A stretch of 63,502 bases of DNA, the filler included, from Welwitschia mirabilis (taxonomy: Eukaryota), in the NCBI GenBank assembly GCA_051453625.1. It is 5 parts of one record of this genome, joined end to end, with 100 filler letters (N's around TTAATTAATTAA, not from the genome) between each part and the next. Parts side by side here need not be neighbours in the genome. Positions count along the whole stretch, not along the records: positions 24,335 to 42,661 come from JBOZIK010000001.1; 4 more parts are not named here. One strand, 5' to 3'. Below are positions 24,706 to 38,000 of this stretch, one piece after another. The notes under the pieces were generated by a model that made no database searches, was not told the origin of the DNA, and saw only the letters and a program-made list of their open reading frames with translations. Position 1 is the stretch's first letter; every line of letters begins with the position of its first letter. The translations under genes and the position numbers were made by a program.

Positions 24706-26913
24706 TCAATTAATGTCAAACTAATGTTTTCTATGTAGTAAATTTTGTGTAGAAGATGTTAAATTATTTATAGGTTAAAAGATGGAACTAAATTGATTAA
24801 CTTCTGAGCAGTAGAAACCTATCAATTTACTTACCCTCATGAGTGGTTAACCAAATTTTCAAGTAGTCGACCACATCTGAAGTAGATAAAAATAGAAACT
24901 ACATTTAGAGGATTCAACAATTTTGATGGAATTGATTGGACCTGTAACCTCGAAAACTACTGTTCCAGAACCTAACAAAAAGGGGTCAACTGGACCCTTA
25001 TAAGATTGACCAAATTTGAGAAACTGAGAAATAATACTTCCAAACTAAATGATAAGGGTTTGACTAGACCTATGATGGGGTCAATCATACCTGAGCACTG
25101 TGCAACTAGTACGCATGAACTAATGATCATAGGATTAATCAACTAGGGTTGATCAAACTCAGTGCAGAAAATAAGAAAAAAATTTTATCAGAAGAGTGGA
25201 TGACTAGATGAATAGTAGATTACTAGACTAGGGTCGACTAGACTTACATGGGGTTGACTAGACAGGGAACCATAATAATTTAGAGTAACCAAATTTCTCA
25301 CTTGATCGACCTATGTAAGTCATAACACCACATGGAATCGATCAGATTTTTGTGTGGTCGACTAGATAGAGTAGAAATGAAATTTTTCTAAATGTTATGT
25401 ATCCATTATGTAGCCATTAGGTAGTCATTTTATAGCCATTTATAGCTATTAAAAGTGCATTTCAAATGTAATAAATTATAAAAGCCTTTCTTAATAAATA
25501 ATTAAGACATTAATTACAAAATAATCTTTTTGGAACTATTTTCATTTGTAAAAATCTATTGGATCTGAAGGATCAAGCATTGTATTTGGATGACTTTCAC
25601 TTATATATCTTGGTTTTTATATTTCTAACTAAAGGAAATCTACTGGTGGCATTCTTTCTACATTCAAGGTTGGATTAAGAGCTTCAATTATTTTACTTCT
25701 ATAGGAGGAGTTCTCCATCAAAATTACTTTTTTAAGAACAAGTAATATTCATGCTCTAAAGGCATTATTTCATCACTACCTTACTTTGTAAAATGTTGAT
25801 ACTAAACCTTAAAGAGTCAATTCTAAAGGTTGAGACTAAACCTTGAAAAGTACATTTTAAAGGTTAATACTAAGTCTTGAAAATTCCATTCTAAAGGTTG
25901 AGACTAAACCTTAAAAAGTCCATTCTAGAGGTTAAGAATTAGTCTAGAAAAGTCCATTTATAAAGGTTACAGGTGAATCTAGAATACCTAATGGAGTGAT
26001 GAAGCTCTGAAATCTAGCTTGAGGGTAAGATAATCATCAAGAGTGGAGTAGGAGGATTCCTAAATTACTATAAATCTGGCTTACATCAAACTAATATTTT
26101 TGTGCTTTTAGTTTTATTTCTTTACTTTTATTATTTTCTTTTACTGTGTACTTTATAGATTAGTTTATTTTTATATGCAAGTTTTTCATTTTATATTGAA
26201 TTCTCTTAGAATATTATATTTGAATTTTTAAAGACCCTAGTCNNNNNNNNNNNNNNNNNNNNNNNNNNNNNNNNNNNNNNNNNNNNNNNNNNNNNNNNNN
26301 NNNNNNNNNNNNNNNNNNNNNNNNNNNNNNNNNNNNNNNNNNNNNNNNNNNNNNNNNNNNNNNNNNNNNNNNNNNNNNNNNNNNNNNNNNNNNNNNNNNN
26401 NNNNNNNNNNNNNNNNNNNNNNNNNNNNNNNNNNNNNNNNNNNNNNNNNNNNNNNNNNNNNNNNNNNNNNNNNNNNNNNNNNNNNNNNNNNNNNNNNNNN
26501 NNNNNNNNNNNNNNNNNNNNNNNNNNNNNNNNNNNNNNNNNNNNNNNNNNNNNNNNNNNNNNNNNNNNNNNNNNNNNNNNNNNNNNNNNNNNNNNNNNNN
26601 NNNNNNNNNNNNNNNNNNNNNNNNNNNNNNNNNNNNNNNNNNNNNNNNNNNNNNNNNNNNNNNNNNNNNNNNNNNNNNNNNNNNNNNNNNNNNNNNNNNN
26701 NNNNNNNNNNNNNNNNNNNNNNNNNNNNNNNNNNNNNNNNNNNNNNNNNNNNNNNNNNNNNNNNNNNNNNNNNNNNNNNNNNNNNNNNNNNNNNNNNNNN
26801 NNNNNNNNNNNNNNNNNNNNNNNNNNNNNNNNNNNNNNNNNNNNNNNNNNNNNNNNNNNNNNNNNNNNNNNNNNNNNNNCCCCATCCCCCAAACAGGGTT
26901 CTCGATCCTATTA
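24706..26913 (+). repeat. C2 5' LTR (first ~17 nt missing, contains an N gap)
   Basis: Colinear with 30927-32477. Ends GATCCTATTA before the PBS. Confidence 0.85.
25795..25965 (+). repeat. 34-bp tandem array, 5 units, in the C2 5' LTR
   Basis: Unit ~GTTGAGACTAAACCTTGAAAAGTCCATTCTAAAG, head to tail without spacers. Confidence 0.9.
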
Positions 26914-26977
26914 TTTGGTATTATAGCTGAGTTGAGTCCTTTTAGATTTTAACCAATCTTGATCTTATAACCCTAAA

Positions 26978-28830
26978 ATGACTAATCCTTTTGATGGTTT
27001 TTTCACTGGTCATCCACCTATGTTTAATAGATCAAACTATGCTTAGTGGAAAGCTAGGATAAGAATATTTCTTAGATCCTCGGATGCCGACATAGAGGAA
27101 TTTATCTACAAAGATTACACTAGGTCTATGTTAACACAAATTGATGTAAATGATAACACTATTCTAGTTCCCGAAGCTTAAAACCAGTGGACCATCACTA
27201 ATAAGTCAAAAGCCAACATAGATACCCATGATCTTAATGCCATATTTTATATAGTATGTATAGATGAATTTAAATGCATAGTAGAGTGTAACCATGCTAA
27301 GGAAGCTTGTGACATTCTCAAAGTAGCACACAAAGAAATATCAATTGTAAAACAAGTAAAACTCTATATGCTTATTTCAAAGTTTGAAGATATCCATATG
27401 GATGAAGAAGAAATATTGTAGGAATTTTTTTCTAGATGTACTGATATTGTGAACTTAATATCAAGCCTTGGAGAATGCATGAAGGAAAGAAAAGTGGTAA
27501 AGAAAGTCTTGAGATCCCTACTCAAGAGATTTGAACCAAAAGTCATATCTATCAAAGAAAGCAAGAACATTAATATGATGACAGTGGAAGAACTTCAAGG
27601 TAATTTGCAAACTTATGAGCTTAACTTTGTTAAGGATAAGAAGAAAGGTATTAATTTAAAATATGTGCAAGAGGACTATAGATCTAATAGATTAGATGAG
27701 GATTTGATGATGATGAAGTGGGTCTTCTAGCCAGAAGGTTCAAAAAATTTCTTCATAGGAAGAAAAAAGGAAGGAGAATCAAGTAAGAATGCAAAGAGGA
27801 GTTATCCAAAACATACATATGGCAATGATGATGATGATAAAAGCTATTCAAATCAAGAATCAGACAGAGATAGAAGGTTGTCCTTTATGGCATTTGTGCC
27901 ATCACTCAAAGATACTCCTAACATAATAGAGATTGATGATTTGGATATGATCAATGAAGAAGAGGATGAATTAGAAGATACATGCTAAGAGTTATATGAG
28001 AAATGTGAAAATCTAGTTAAGATAATAAATGAGTAAAATAAAATAATGAAGACTACCACTAAAGAAAAGGAGGAATTAAACTAGAAATACAATGTGCTAA
28101 ATTATGATAAAACCAACCTAATTTCTTAGGTAAAAGATCTTTTTTTAAATTAATAAATCCTTTGGTAGCTCTTCTAAATTGGAATAGATTATTATACTAT
28201 GAAAACTTATTGGAAACAAATTAGATATTGACTTTAGTTCACAAAAATCTCAAGAATAGGTAAACCAAAAGAATAAGTATACTTCTAATCTTTCATGTAA
28301 CATTTATGGTAAATTTGGTCATTTAAATCCTTTTTATAGAATTAAACAATTAATGTTTCTTTTTAAAACTACAAATACTTATCTTTTAAATTTATTTCTA
28401 AGAAAATTATACCATCAAAGTCTAATAATACTAAGTGGGTTAGAGCTAACAATCTTTGAATTTTTGTAACACAGATAGCTCTAAGAGGACCATGTATGAA
28501 TAATTGGTATCTAGATAGTGGTTGCTCAAGACATATATCATAAGAAAAATCAAGCTTTTAGTAGGTGAAGAGTACAAACAGAAGAGAATTCATTTTTGAA
28601 AACAATAAAAAGTAAAAGATAGAAAGCACAGAATGCATCAAGGGAGGTAAGTTACCTAAACTTGATGATGTGCTTTATATAAATGGATTAAAACATAATT
28701 CATTGAGTATGAGTCAATTATGTAACAAAAGTCCTAAAGTAATCTTTGAAAATCAAAATGCAATATTGTAGATGAGAAAACAAATGTCTCTATCTTTTCT
28801 ATAAAATGAGTTAATAATGTTTATAGAATA
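26978..28830 (+). pseudogene. gag-pol: Copia gag-protease remnant of C2
   Basis: HPPMFNRSNYA*WKARIRIFL; VVKKVLRSLLKRFEPKVISIKESKNINMMTVEELQGNLQTYE (UBN2-type gag); WYLDSGCSRH (protease). Confidence 0.9.
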
Positions 28831-29369
28831 GGTACTAAATCAATTAATAAAACTATGATCAACCATTTCATGTAAACTATGATGCTAGGCTAAAATTTGA
28901 TGAAACTAAATGTTGTCTAGTAAATTATGATGTAAAACCTATGTCTATAATTTAATTGTTAATCATGAAAATGATCTAGGGGTTCAGTTACTATCCCTTA
29001 TTGGGTTATAAAACAGTCTACTAGATCTATGATTCAGTCAACTAAATGTGGTTAGTTAATTAGCCTAAAAGCTTGATCACCCGGATCCCTTCTTATACTG
29101 TAGACCCATGTCTTAATAGATTGATTAGAACCTTGAGTGGTTAACTAGAGTTGATGGATCATAGTATGGAAATACAGTTAGTGGACCTAATTTCTTTCTT
29201 TGTTTTGCCCTATTTTACATATTCTATAAAGGAAAGAGAATCCTAAATTGATTACATTATGTTCTTATCCTTTTCAACTCTTAGATCTAGTGTTTTTCTT
29301 TCAAGATCCAGAGCTTTGCTTCTAGATCTAGTGTCTTTCTCTTAGTCATTTTGCTTGCAAAGTCCTGAA

Positions 29370-30324
29370 ATGACTGCAATCTCATCCAGGAGAATAGTAA
29401 AGGAGGCACCTTCAAGGGATTTGTAGCTACTTAGGAGCTCAGGGAGCTCAACAAAGTTATCTAACTCCTGAGAGATCAAAATCTTGATCAATTTTTTGAT
29501 GTCTCTGGTTTTGCTTATCCTTTTCTTACTAGAATGTTTTACTGTAATGCTTCTTTTGATCATGATACTAGAACCTCTAAAACCCTCATTTTTGGGAAGC
29601 AGATAAGAGTAATAGCTAATCTCATTTCAAAGCTAACTAATCTTTTAAAGGAAGACTATGAAGAGTTTTGGCCTCTTCAGGATACCATGAAAGAAAAATA
29701 TGCTATTACTAGGGAGCTCTATTGTAAGATTTATACTTGGAATCATAGTTTGTATACTTCTTTATTAACTCCAAAATATCACTTTCTTCATTTAATTTTT
29801 ACTTATAACTTCTTATTCTCAGCTGGCCATCATGATGAGGCCTCCTACTATCAAGCCTATCTAATATATTTGGTAGGGACTGAGCATTTCATTCATGCTC
29901 CTACCATAATATTGAAGAATATGATCTCACAGCTAAAGTATAATAGAAGTAGGGCTTTATCCTATTCTATTCTTATCACAAGTATTTCTCATCACTTTCA
30001 TGTTACCTTTTATCCAAAGTTGGAATCCTTTAGTCTATGGCATCCATTAGGCATGTGACCTTATCTCGCATGCATATTTTTTACCCTTATAAGAAATCTT
30101 CGAAATCCTTTTCTCTAAAGAAAACCTCTCCTGATGAGGCCCTCTCATATCTAAGACAGATTGACTCCCATATCAGATACATGAAGGAAGCCCTTATTGC
30201 AGCTAGTTATGATATTGCTAACACCTCAACAGAAACCACTAGTTCAGCTTGTATAGGAGGTGATGAAGAACATTTAGAGGAAGACTCTAAACAAGAAAAA
30301 GAAGAAGAGGAGGAATCTAATTAA
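29370..30324 (+). pseudogene. SIRE env-like ORF of C2 (frameshifted)
   Basis: Lies between pol and the PPTs. YPFLTRMFYCN, FLHLIFTYNFLFSAGHHD and LSYSILITSI resemble, from recall, the plant-transposon (Transposase_32-like) domain of SIRE/Athila extra ORFs. Acidic tail. Confidence 0.75.
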
Positions 30325-30909
30325 AAATTTTTAAATTATGTTTTTCTTTGTTCTCTTCTTTGTTATTGATATCAAAAGGGGGAGAATTAGTTGTGTGTTG
30401 TTTTTATGATTTCAGTTGTATACTCTTAATGAGCACTTCTAGCTTGTACTACTTGCACTTTTACTTTGTTATGATTTCTCATATCTAATGAAATGCACTT
30501 TTCTACTTTTGCACAAAATCTTGTTCCATATGGTATCTTAAATTTATTTATGCTTTTCAAAATCATAAAATGCCAAATATAGTTCTCTTTTAGTATCCTA
30601 AGTGTCTATCTTAGATACATAAAATCTTATAACATTAGAAAGAAATTTCAATTTATGACATTTGATTCAATGTTAAATAAGTATTTATGATCACATTATG
30701 TCTATCATAAAGTTGTATCTTTTAAACTCTTAAATGTACATATTAAATTGTTTTATTGAGAGCACAAAATCTAATTTTTCAAAATGCTTTCACTTATTTC
30801 AAATTAAAATATTATTTTCTAAATAAGTATTTTGTAAGGGGGAGTTTTTCTATGAGTTCTAAATTTGTCACAACTAAGTAGTATTTTCTATTAACGTTAA
30901 AGGGGATAT

Positions 30910-32477
30910 TATTGGATTATGTTTTATCAATTAATGTTAAATGAATGTTTTCTATATATCAAATTTTATATATTTTATGCAGAAGATGTTAAATTACTTA
31001 TAGGTTGAAAGATATAACTAAATTGATCAACTTCTGAGTACTAAAAACCTACCAGTTTACTTACCGTCAAGAGGGATCAACTGATTTTCAAAGGGTTAAC
31101 TACACCTAAAGCAGATAGAAAAATGAACTGCATGCAAAGGGGTCAACCAAATTTTAATGGTGTTGACTAGACCTATAACCTTAAAAACTAGTGTTTCTAA
31201 ACCAAATGGAAAGAATTCGATTAGACCTTTATAGGGTCAACCGAATTTGAGGACTTGAGAAATAGTAATTTCGGATAAAGTGATAAGGGATTGATCAAAC
31301 CTATGATGCGGTCAACTAGACCTGAGCATTGTGTAGTTGATATGCCTGAAGTGATCATCATGGGGTTGACTAGACATCTAAAGGAGTTAACTAGACTTAA
31401 TGTAGGAAATAGAAAATAAATTTTATCATAAGATTAGATGACTAGATAAATAGCAGGCAACCGGATTGGGGTCGACTAGATCTAAATGTGATTAACTAGA
31501 AAGGGAGCTATAAGAAATTGGAGCAACTAAATTTCTCACTTGAATGACTTCTGTAACTCATAACACCACATAACATTGACTATATTTTTATGAGGTTGAC
31601 CAAATAGAGTGAAAATTAATTTTTCTAAATTTTATGTATCCATTATGTAGTCATTAGGTAGCTATTTTCTAGTTGTTTATAGCCATTGGAAGTGCATTTC
31701 AAATGTAATAAACTTAAAATCCTTTTATTATAAATAGTTAAGACATAGATGATAAAAGATTATTTTTGAACTATTTTCATTCTGAAAAATATATTGAATC
31801 TAAAAGATCAAGCATTATATTTGGATAACTTTCACTTGTGTATCTTGGCATCCATATTTTTTATCAAAGAAGAGCTACTATTTCAAGATTTGATAAAGAG
31901 CTTAAATTATTTTACTTATACAGGAGGAGTTCTCCATCAAAATTACTATTTCAAGAATGAGTGAAATCCATGCTCTAAAAGCATCATTTCATCACTACCT
32001 TGCTTTAGGGACTAAATTTTGAAGCGTTCATTCTAAAGGTTGAGACTAAGCCTTGAAGTATGTTCTAAAAGTTGAGGATAAGACTTGAAAATTCCATTCT
32101 AAAGATTGAGACTAAGCCTTAAAAATTCCATTTTAGAGGTTAAGACTTAGCCTAGAAAAGTCTATTTTTAAAGGTTATAAGGAAACCTAGAATACCTGAT
32201 GCAGTAACAAAGATCCAAGATCTAGCTTAAAGATAATCTAATCATTGAGAGTAGAGTAGTAAGTTTTATAAACCACTATAAATTTGGTTTACATCAAATT
32301 GGTATTTTTATACTTTCAATTTTATTTCTTTACTTTTTTTATTTTCTCTTACTGTACACTTTTTAGATTAGTTCATTTTTCTAAACAAGTTTTTTGTTTT
32401 AGATTGAATTATTTTATAATATTGTATTTAAATTTTTAAAGAACCTATTCATCCCTCTCGGGTTATCTATCCTCTCA
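30910..32477 (+). repeat. C2 3' LTR
   Basis: Follows PPT AAAGGGGATAT. Termini TATTGG (TG>TA)...CCTCTCA. Confidence 0.9.
32008..32174 (+). repeat. 34-bp tandem array in the C2 3' LTR
   Basis: Same unit and position as 25795-25965. Confidence 0.85.
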
Positions 32478-33321
32478 GTTTTAATTCCTACTTACCCCTT
32501 TCTCACTATGATGTACTATTGCAATGCTTCTTATGATGCCAATAATGTAACCCTAGAAACCTTGGTCTTGGGGAAGAAGATAAAGGTTATTGCAAACTAC
32601 ATTGCAACTTCTACTAATCTTCTAAAAGGATACTATGATAATTTTTAGCCTTTTTATGATTTTATAGAAGAAAAGTAGAGGTAACAAGAGGACTTTGTGG
32701 TAATTTTCATAGATGAAAACACATCCTTTCTACTTCTCTACTTACTCCAAAGTATGGGTTTTTGCATTTAGTATTTATCTGTAATTTCTTGCCTTTAGAG
32801 GGTTATCTTGATAAGACCTCTAACTATAGGGCCTATTTGATGTACTTGGTTGGAACTAGGCATTTATTAATGCCTATACTATAATATTGAAGAATATTAT
32901 CTCCCAGTTGGAATATCATAGGACTAGGGATTTACCCTATTTAGTGCTGATTACCAATCTCTGTCATCATTATAAAGTCTAGTTTCATCAAAACCTAGAA
33001 ACCCTTAACCCCATGTCATCCATTGGGCATGTGATATTATCTCATATGCATATCTTTGTAGGTTCCAAGAACTTTTCAAAATCTCTTTCTCCCAAATAAG
33101 CCTCACTAGAGAAGATTCTTTTATACCTGAGGTGAATTGACTCTTATACAAGGCATATTAAAGAATCTCTAGATTGCAGCTAGATATGAGATTGCAAATA
33201 CTTTATAAGAAGTTAAAAGTTAGTGTAGAATGATGTCGAAGAAGAGGAAGAGAAAGAGGAAGAGGAAGAAAAATAAGATTCTAAAGAAGAATTAGAGGAG
33301 GAAGCCAAGGAATCTGATTAG
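32478..33321 (+). pseudogene. SIRE env-like ORF of C1 (3' part)
   Basis: YPFLTMMYYCNASYD...LLTPKYGFLHLVF...DLPYLVLIT. Colinear with ~29500-30324 but with more stops. Confidence 0.75.
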
Positions 33322-33826
33322 TTCTCTTTTTATGCTTTATTTTTTCTGAAATTTTCATGCTCAAGTTTCTTCTCTTCTTTGTTATTGATATCAAAAAGTG
33401 GAGAATTAATTAGTTATTTTTATTACTTTCAGTTTTTTTCCTCTTGATGATCACTTTACATTGTAATGTTCATATTTAAATAATAGAAATTCACTTGATT
33501 TTCATGTTCTATAATTTTCATCTCATCTTTTTAATGCACATCTATTTTCATTATGAATTATATCTTTTATTATATGTTATGCTTATTAAATATTTCATGA
33601 TTAAAATGTTGTTTATCACATATAATTTGACATTTTTATGTCTCATAAATTGTAATACAAATTGTTTTAATTATGGAACAAGTTAAAAACTTTTTAAAAT
33701 TGCCTAATTGATACAAAATGTTTATTATCTCTTGTAAAAGTTAATAGGCATTTAGTGAGGAGAGTTATTCCAAGTATAATATTTTCAATTAAAAAATATT
33801 ATACCATTAATATCAAAGAGGGAGAT

Positions 33827-35050
33827 TGTTAAGTTATTATTTTTCAATTGATGTAAAACTAATGTTTTTTATGTATAAAAACATGTTGTATCTTGTGTAA
33901 AAAATATTGATCATTGTAGGTCAGAAGCTAATATAACTTATTACATTTTGATCTTAAAACCTATCAATTTTTTATATCCTCCTAAGGCATCGACTGAACT
34001 TCTAAGCAATCAATCGCACCTAAAGCTTACATAAAAATAAACTAAATTTAGAGAAGTTGACCGGACCTATGTACCTGAGCATTAATACTTCATAATCAAT
34101 TTTTAATGGATGGACCAGATTCCTGAGAAGTCAACCAAATCTAAAGTAGCATTTACCCTTTATCAGCAAGGGATGGACCAAAATTTTATGTGGTTTACCA
34201 GATCTAGAGCAAAAAACTATGTTGGATTTTTTTCTTGATCAAGGAGATGACCAGATAAATATGAGGATGACCAAATGAGAGATCAACTGGATCTGAAGGG
34301 GTTGACTAAACATGGAGCTGTAAGAAAGAGGAGTCAACTAGAAGAACATAAGGTTAACTAATTTAAGTGATGGCATTAGATGGTGTTAACAAACTTTTAA
34401 GGGATCAACTGGTTGTGACAAAAAAAAAAAAAAAAAAAAAAAATCTAGCCTTTGAATATTCACTTTTATGTCCATTAAAAGGTTTTTTTACTTGTAAAAA
34501 TCCTAAAATTCTTTTGCTATATAATTGGTAAGAGTCAAAATCATTATACCACTTTTGAATCTTTTTGAAATTATTCACTATCCTCATTGGCATCTCATAC
34601 TTGACCAAAGATAAGCCATGAACTATTATTTTCATTGCATACTTAAGCAAGTCTATTGCACTTTATGCTTTCAAATTGTACCCTCTTCTAAAGAAGTGCA
34701 TTAATAATATCCTTGAGCCAAGGATCAGGTGAAACCTATGCCTTTTGTTACACCATTATTACCTTTTATTTTCTTACAAAAATTTAACATTGAGCCTTAT
34801 AAAAGTCCATTTGTAAAGGTTACAGGTAAATCTTACATACCTGAAAAGAGTTTAATGGAGGTCTAGATTAGACTTGGGTTGAAGCTAATTATCAAGAGTG
34901 AAGTAAGGGAGTTTTTTAAATCATTATAAATCTTTTGGGGTTCTCATTGGTATTTCTGTGCTTTCTATTCTTTAGTTTTTTAGAATAGTTTTAGTTTACT
35001 TGTATAAGATTTTTATACTTATTTCAAGTAAAGTTTTTTTCAATCCTACA
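33827..35050 (+). repeat. C1 3' LTR
   Basis: PPT AAAGAGGGAGAT (33815-33826) then TGTTAAG...AATCCTACA. Small deletion near the 3' end relative to the 5' LTR. Confidence 0.9.
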
Positions 35051-35055
35051 TTTTT

Positions 35056-38000
35056 AACCCCTTATCCTAATACAAATCTTAATCTTAAATAACTAAGAGC
35101 TAATAAAAAATGAAAAATACAAATTTATTTTAACTTACCCCTAGGAGATGATATTAAGTTGAAAAATTTAAATGCTTATCCCATATTTAGTGATGAAAAT
35201 GATGAGGATCTAATCCAACACATTGGAGACATTGAATAATTAGTTTTTACCTTTAAAAATAGAAAGAAAAGAATTATTAATCATACATATATGGTTATTT
35301 TTATAATTATATTGAAAGAAAACGCAAAATTTTGGTTAAGAACTATACTCCACAAGAGTCTAAAAACTTGGAATCAATTTTAGAAAGTTTTTATTAACAT
35401 AGTTAAGAGTAAAGCAATCATTAGAAAAAGAAAAAATAAGTGATCAATTTTTAAAACAATCAAGTGAGGATGATACTTCTATATATGAATGATTCTTTAT
35501 TTCAATTCATTCTAATCCAATAAATTCTTTTACATGAGAAGAGATGATAGATTATTTTTATAATGGACTAAATATCCAAATGAAAAGACTTATAGATTTC
35601 TTTTGTAATGGAAATCTAATAAATATTATATTAGAAAATGCTTTAAAAAATTAGAAAAACTTATAAAGGTGAGCCAACTTAGCTGAAACCAACATTGAGA
35701 GATAACCACACTGTAGGATAAATTATTAAAGATTTAAAAGAAGTTAAATAAGAAAAGGAGGTAGATAAAATATAAACCAAACCAGTACATTTAATTAAAG
35801 ACTTCACAACAATTTTGGAAAAATATACTAAGATGATCTTAGATGTAAAATCAGTAACTAAAAAGAGTGTTATGTCAACATGTGACTTTTGTAAAGACAA
35901 CTATTACATAACAAAGGATTATCCATTATTTCCAACATACAAGAAGAAATATATAAAGAAGTTTCTTCTTTTAATATAAAAGTTTTAAACTTTCAAAATC
36001 AAAATTAAAATCAAAACCAAAACCAGTCACAACTTAGAATAAATATATAATATAATTTCTAAACCTTTGATAATAAATTTAAAAATTTTCAAAACAATTT
36101 TAAACATTTTAAAAATCAAGCTAAAAATTTAAACTTTCAATCAAGTTCATGAAATAAAAATGATTCAACTTAAAAATTCTATAGATAAACTTAGGAAATT
36201 ACAAGAAAAGACAAACTCTAGTATTGAAGACTTAATAAATTTCCTCTAATAAACCATGTTACCAAATTAAAAACCACAAAGATCATTAGAAATACAACCT
36301 CTACCAAATCTTAATAAAGTAAGAAAAGATTATAAGGTTATAGCACAAAGTGGACATGAAGCTAACCCTCCTCCTTATAAGCATCAACCTTATAAAATAG
36401 CATTAGAGATGATGAGAAATAAGAGTAGATCAAAATACTAGAAAATCATAACTTTCTTTCTTGTGGAAAAAGTAAAAAGAAAAATTCTTAAGAGATAGAA
36501 AAGAAATTAGTTACCTTGTGGCTTGATAGACTCAATACTAATCCAACTTGATAGTCTTAACATAAATTATTCTTAGCAAAGTCTTTTTAGCTTAATCTTT
36601 CACAAACTTAGTGTTATAAAATCCTCAAAATTTAAGGATCCAAGGGTAGTAATAGTGAGTATTAAAGTAAGGGCTTTAATTAAAATTTGAANNNNNNNNN
36701 NNNNNNNNNNNNNNNNNNNNNNNNNNNNNNNNNNNNNNNNNNNNNNNNNNNNNNNNNNNNNNNNNNNNNNNNNNNNNNNNNNNNNNNNNNNTAGTAATAG
36801 TGAGTATTACAGTAAGGGCTTTAATTAACATTGGAACAAGTATTAACATCATGCCATTACATATTTGTAAGAGACTCAGCTTAAAAGGTAGAATAGATCC
36901 TACTTAGATTATCTTGAAATTAGCATTAAATCAGTTGACAAATCCTTAGGAGTCATAAAAGACTTAGTGATCTAAATTGAAGAGGAATTATACCTAATAT
37001 ATGTAGTTGTAATAAAGTTTGAACATAATGAAGGTTGTCCATTACTTCTAGAAAAAGCATCTTATGCAACAGCCCATTACATTATCAATATAAGAATGGA
37101 GATTATAGAGTGTTATCCAGGGAATAAAAAGTTTACTTAACTAGAGTTTTTGATGTAGCTAATAAATACCTAGGTGATTAATGGGAAATAGAAAATAAAA
37201 TTAAACCTACCTTATTCCTATAACATTACCCACTTGAAGAAAGAGGGCTAGTGTTATACAAATCTACACTTTACGATGATCCATTTAAAATTGAANNNNN
37301 NNNNNGATAAATATAAATTTCAGCATTCAAAAAATGATCTTTTAGGTTAAAATAAAGAAGAAATATAACCCTTATTCTATAAGAAATTCCAACTACTAAC
37401 AACAAATAAAAACTCACACTTTAAGGAGTTCATCCACTACATGAGTCTATAATCGAAAATGAAAAGTTTGGTTTGAATTTAAAAAATATTCCTAGTAAAC
37501 TAAAGTATATTTTTTATGTAACGATTGGAATAAGTATCTAATACTTAATGAAAATCGCATTCCCAAATAAAATTTAACTTAATCTCCCTTTTAGCTTTCA
37601 AAATTCATGCCATCGCTTGGTCTCATAAAGATTTATCTATTATTCTTCCTTCTATTATTTAGCATAAAATCTATATTAAGGAAAATGAGAAACCTATTAA
37701 ATAACTACAAAGAATATTAAATCCAACACTAAAACAAGTAGTTAATGATGAAATTATTAAACTAATAGATGCTAGAATCATTTACGCTATATCAAATAGT
37801 GAATGGATTATTCTCTTAATTATAGTACTAAAAAAAGATGAAAAATGAAGAGTATGCATAGATTTTATAAAACTAAATTAAGTTAAAAAAAAAGGATCTT
37901 TATCCCCTATCGTTTCTTGATTAGATACTTGATAGAATGTAGTGACATTTTTTTTATTATTTTTTAGATGGATATAGTGGTTGTAACTAAGCATGCATAG

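Larger units (their letters stand above)
24706..32477 (+). mobile_element. SIRE-type element C2, internally deleted (gag-PR plus env-like, no INT/RT/RH), inserted in the C1 env-like ORF
   Basis: LTRs 24706-26913 and 30910-32477; PBS TGGTATTATAGC at 26916-26927; PPT copies at ~30374, ~30837 and ~30899. The C1 env-like sequence resumes at 32478. Confidence 0.9.
17049..35050 (+). mobile_element. Ty1/copia SIRE-type element C1 with both LTRs
   Basis: Matching LTRs 17049-18382 and 33827-35050; TSD TCTTT/TTTTT; iMet PBS; copia order gag-PR-INT-RT; env-like ORF; multiple PPTs. The host gag is continuous across it. Confidence 0.9.

Noticed and set aside
25795-25965. CRISPR-like periodicity
   Set aside because: No unique spacers, no cas genes, and it lies inside a plant retrotransposon LTR.
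29342-29563. Antisense 73-aa ORF over the env-like gene (and other short ORFs antisense to gag-pol)
   Set aside because: Shadow frames of decayed coding sequence with no independent support.
34420-34443. Poly(A) tract suggesting a SINE/LINE or retrocopy tail
   Set aside because: No element body or TSD. It replaces a short stretch of the C1 3' LTR, so it is probably slippage or homopolymer error.
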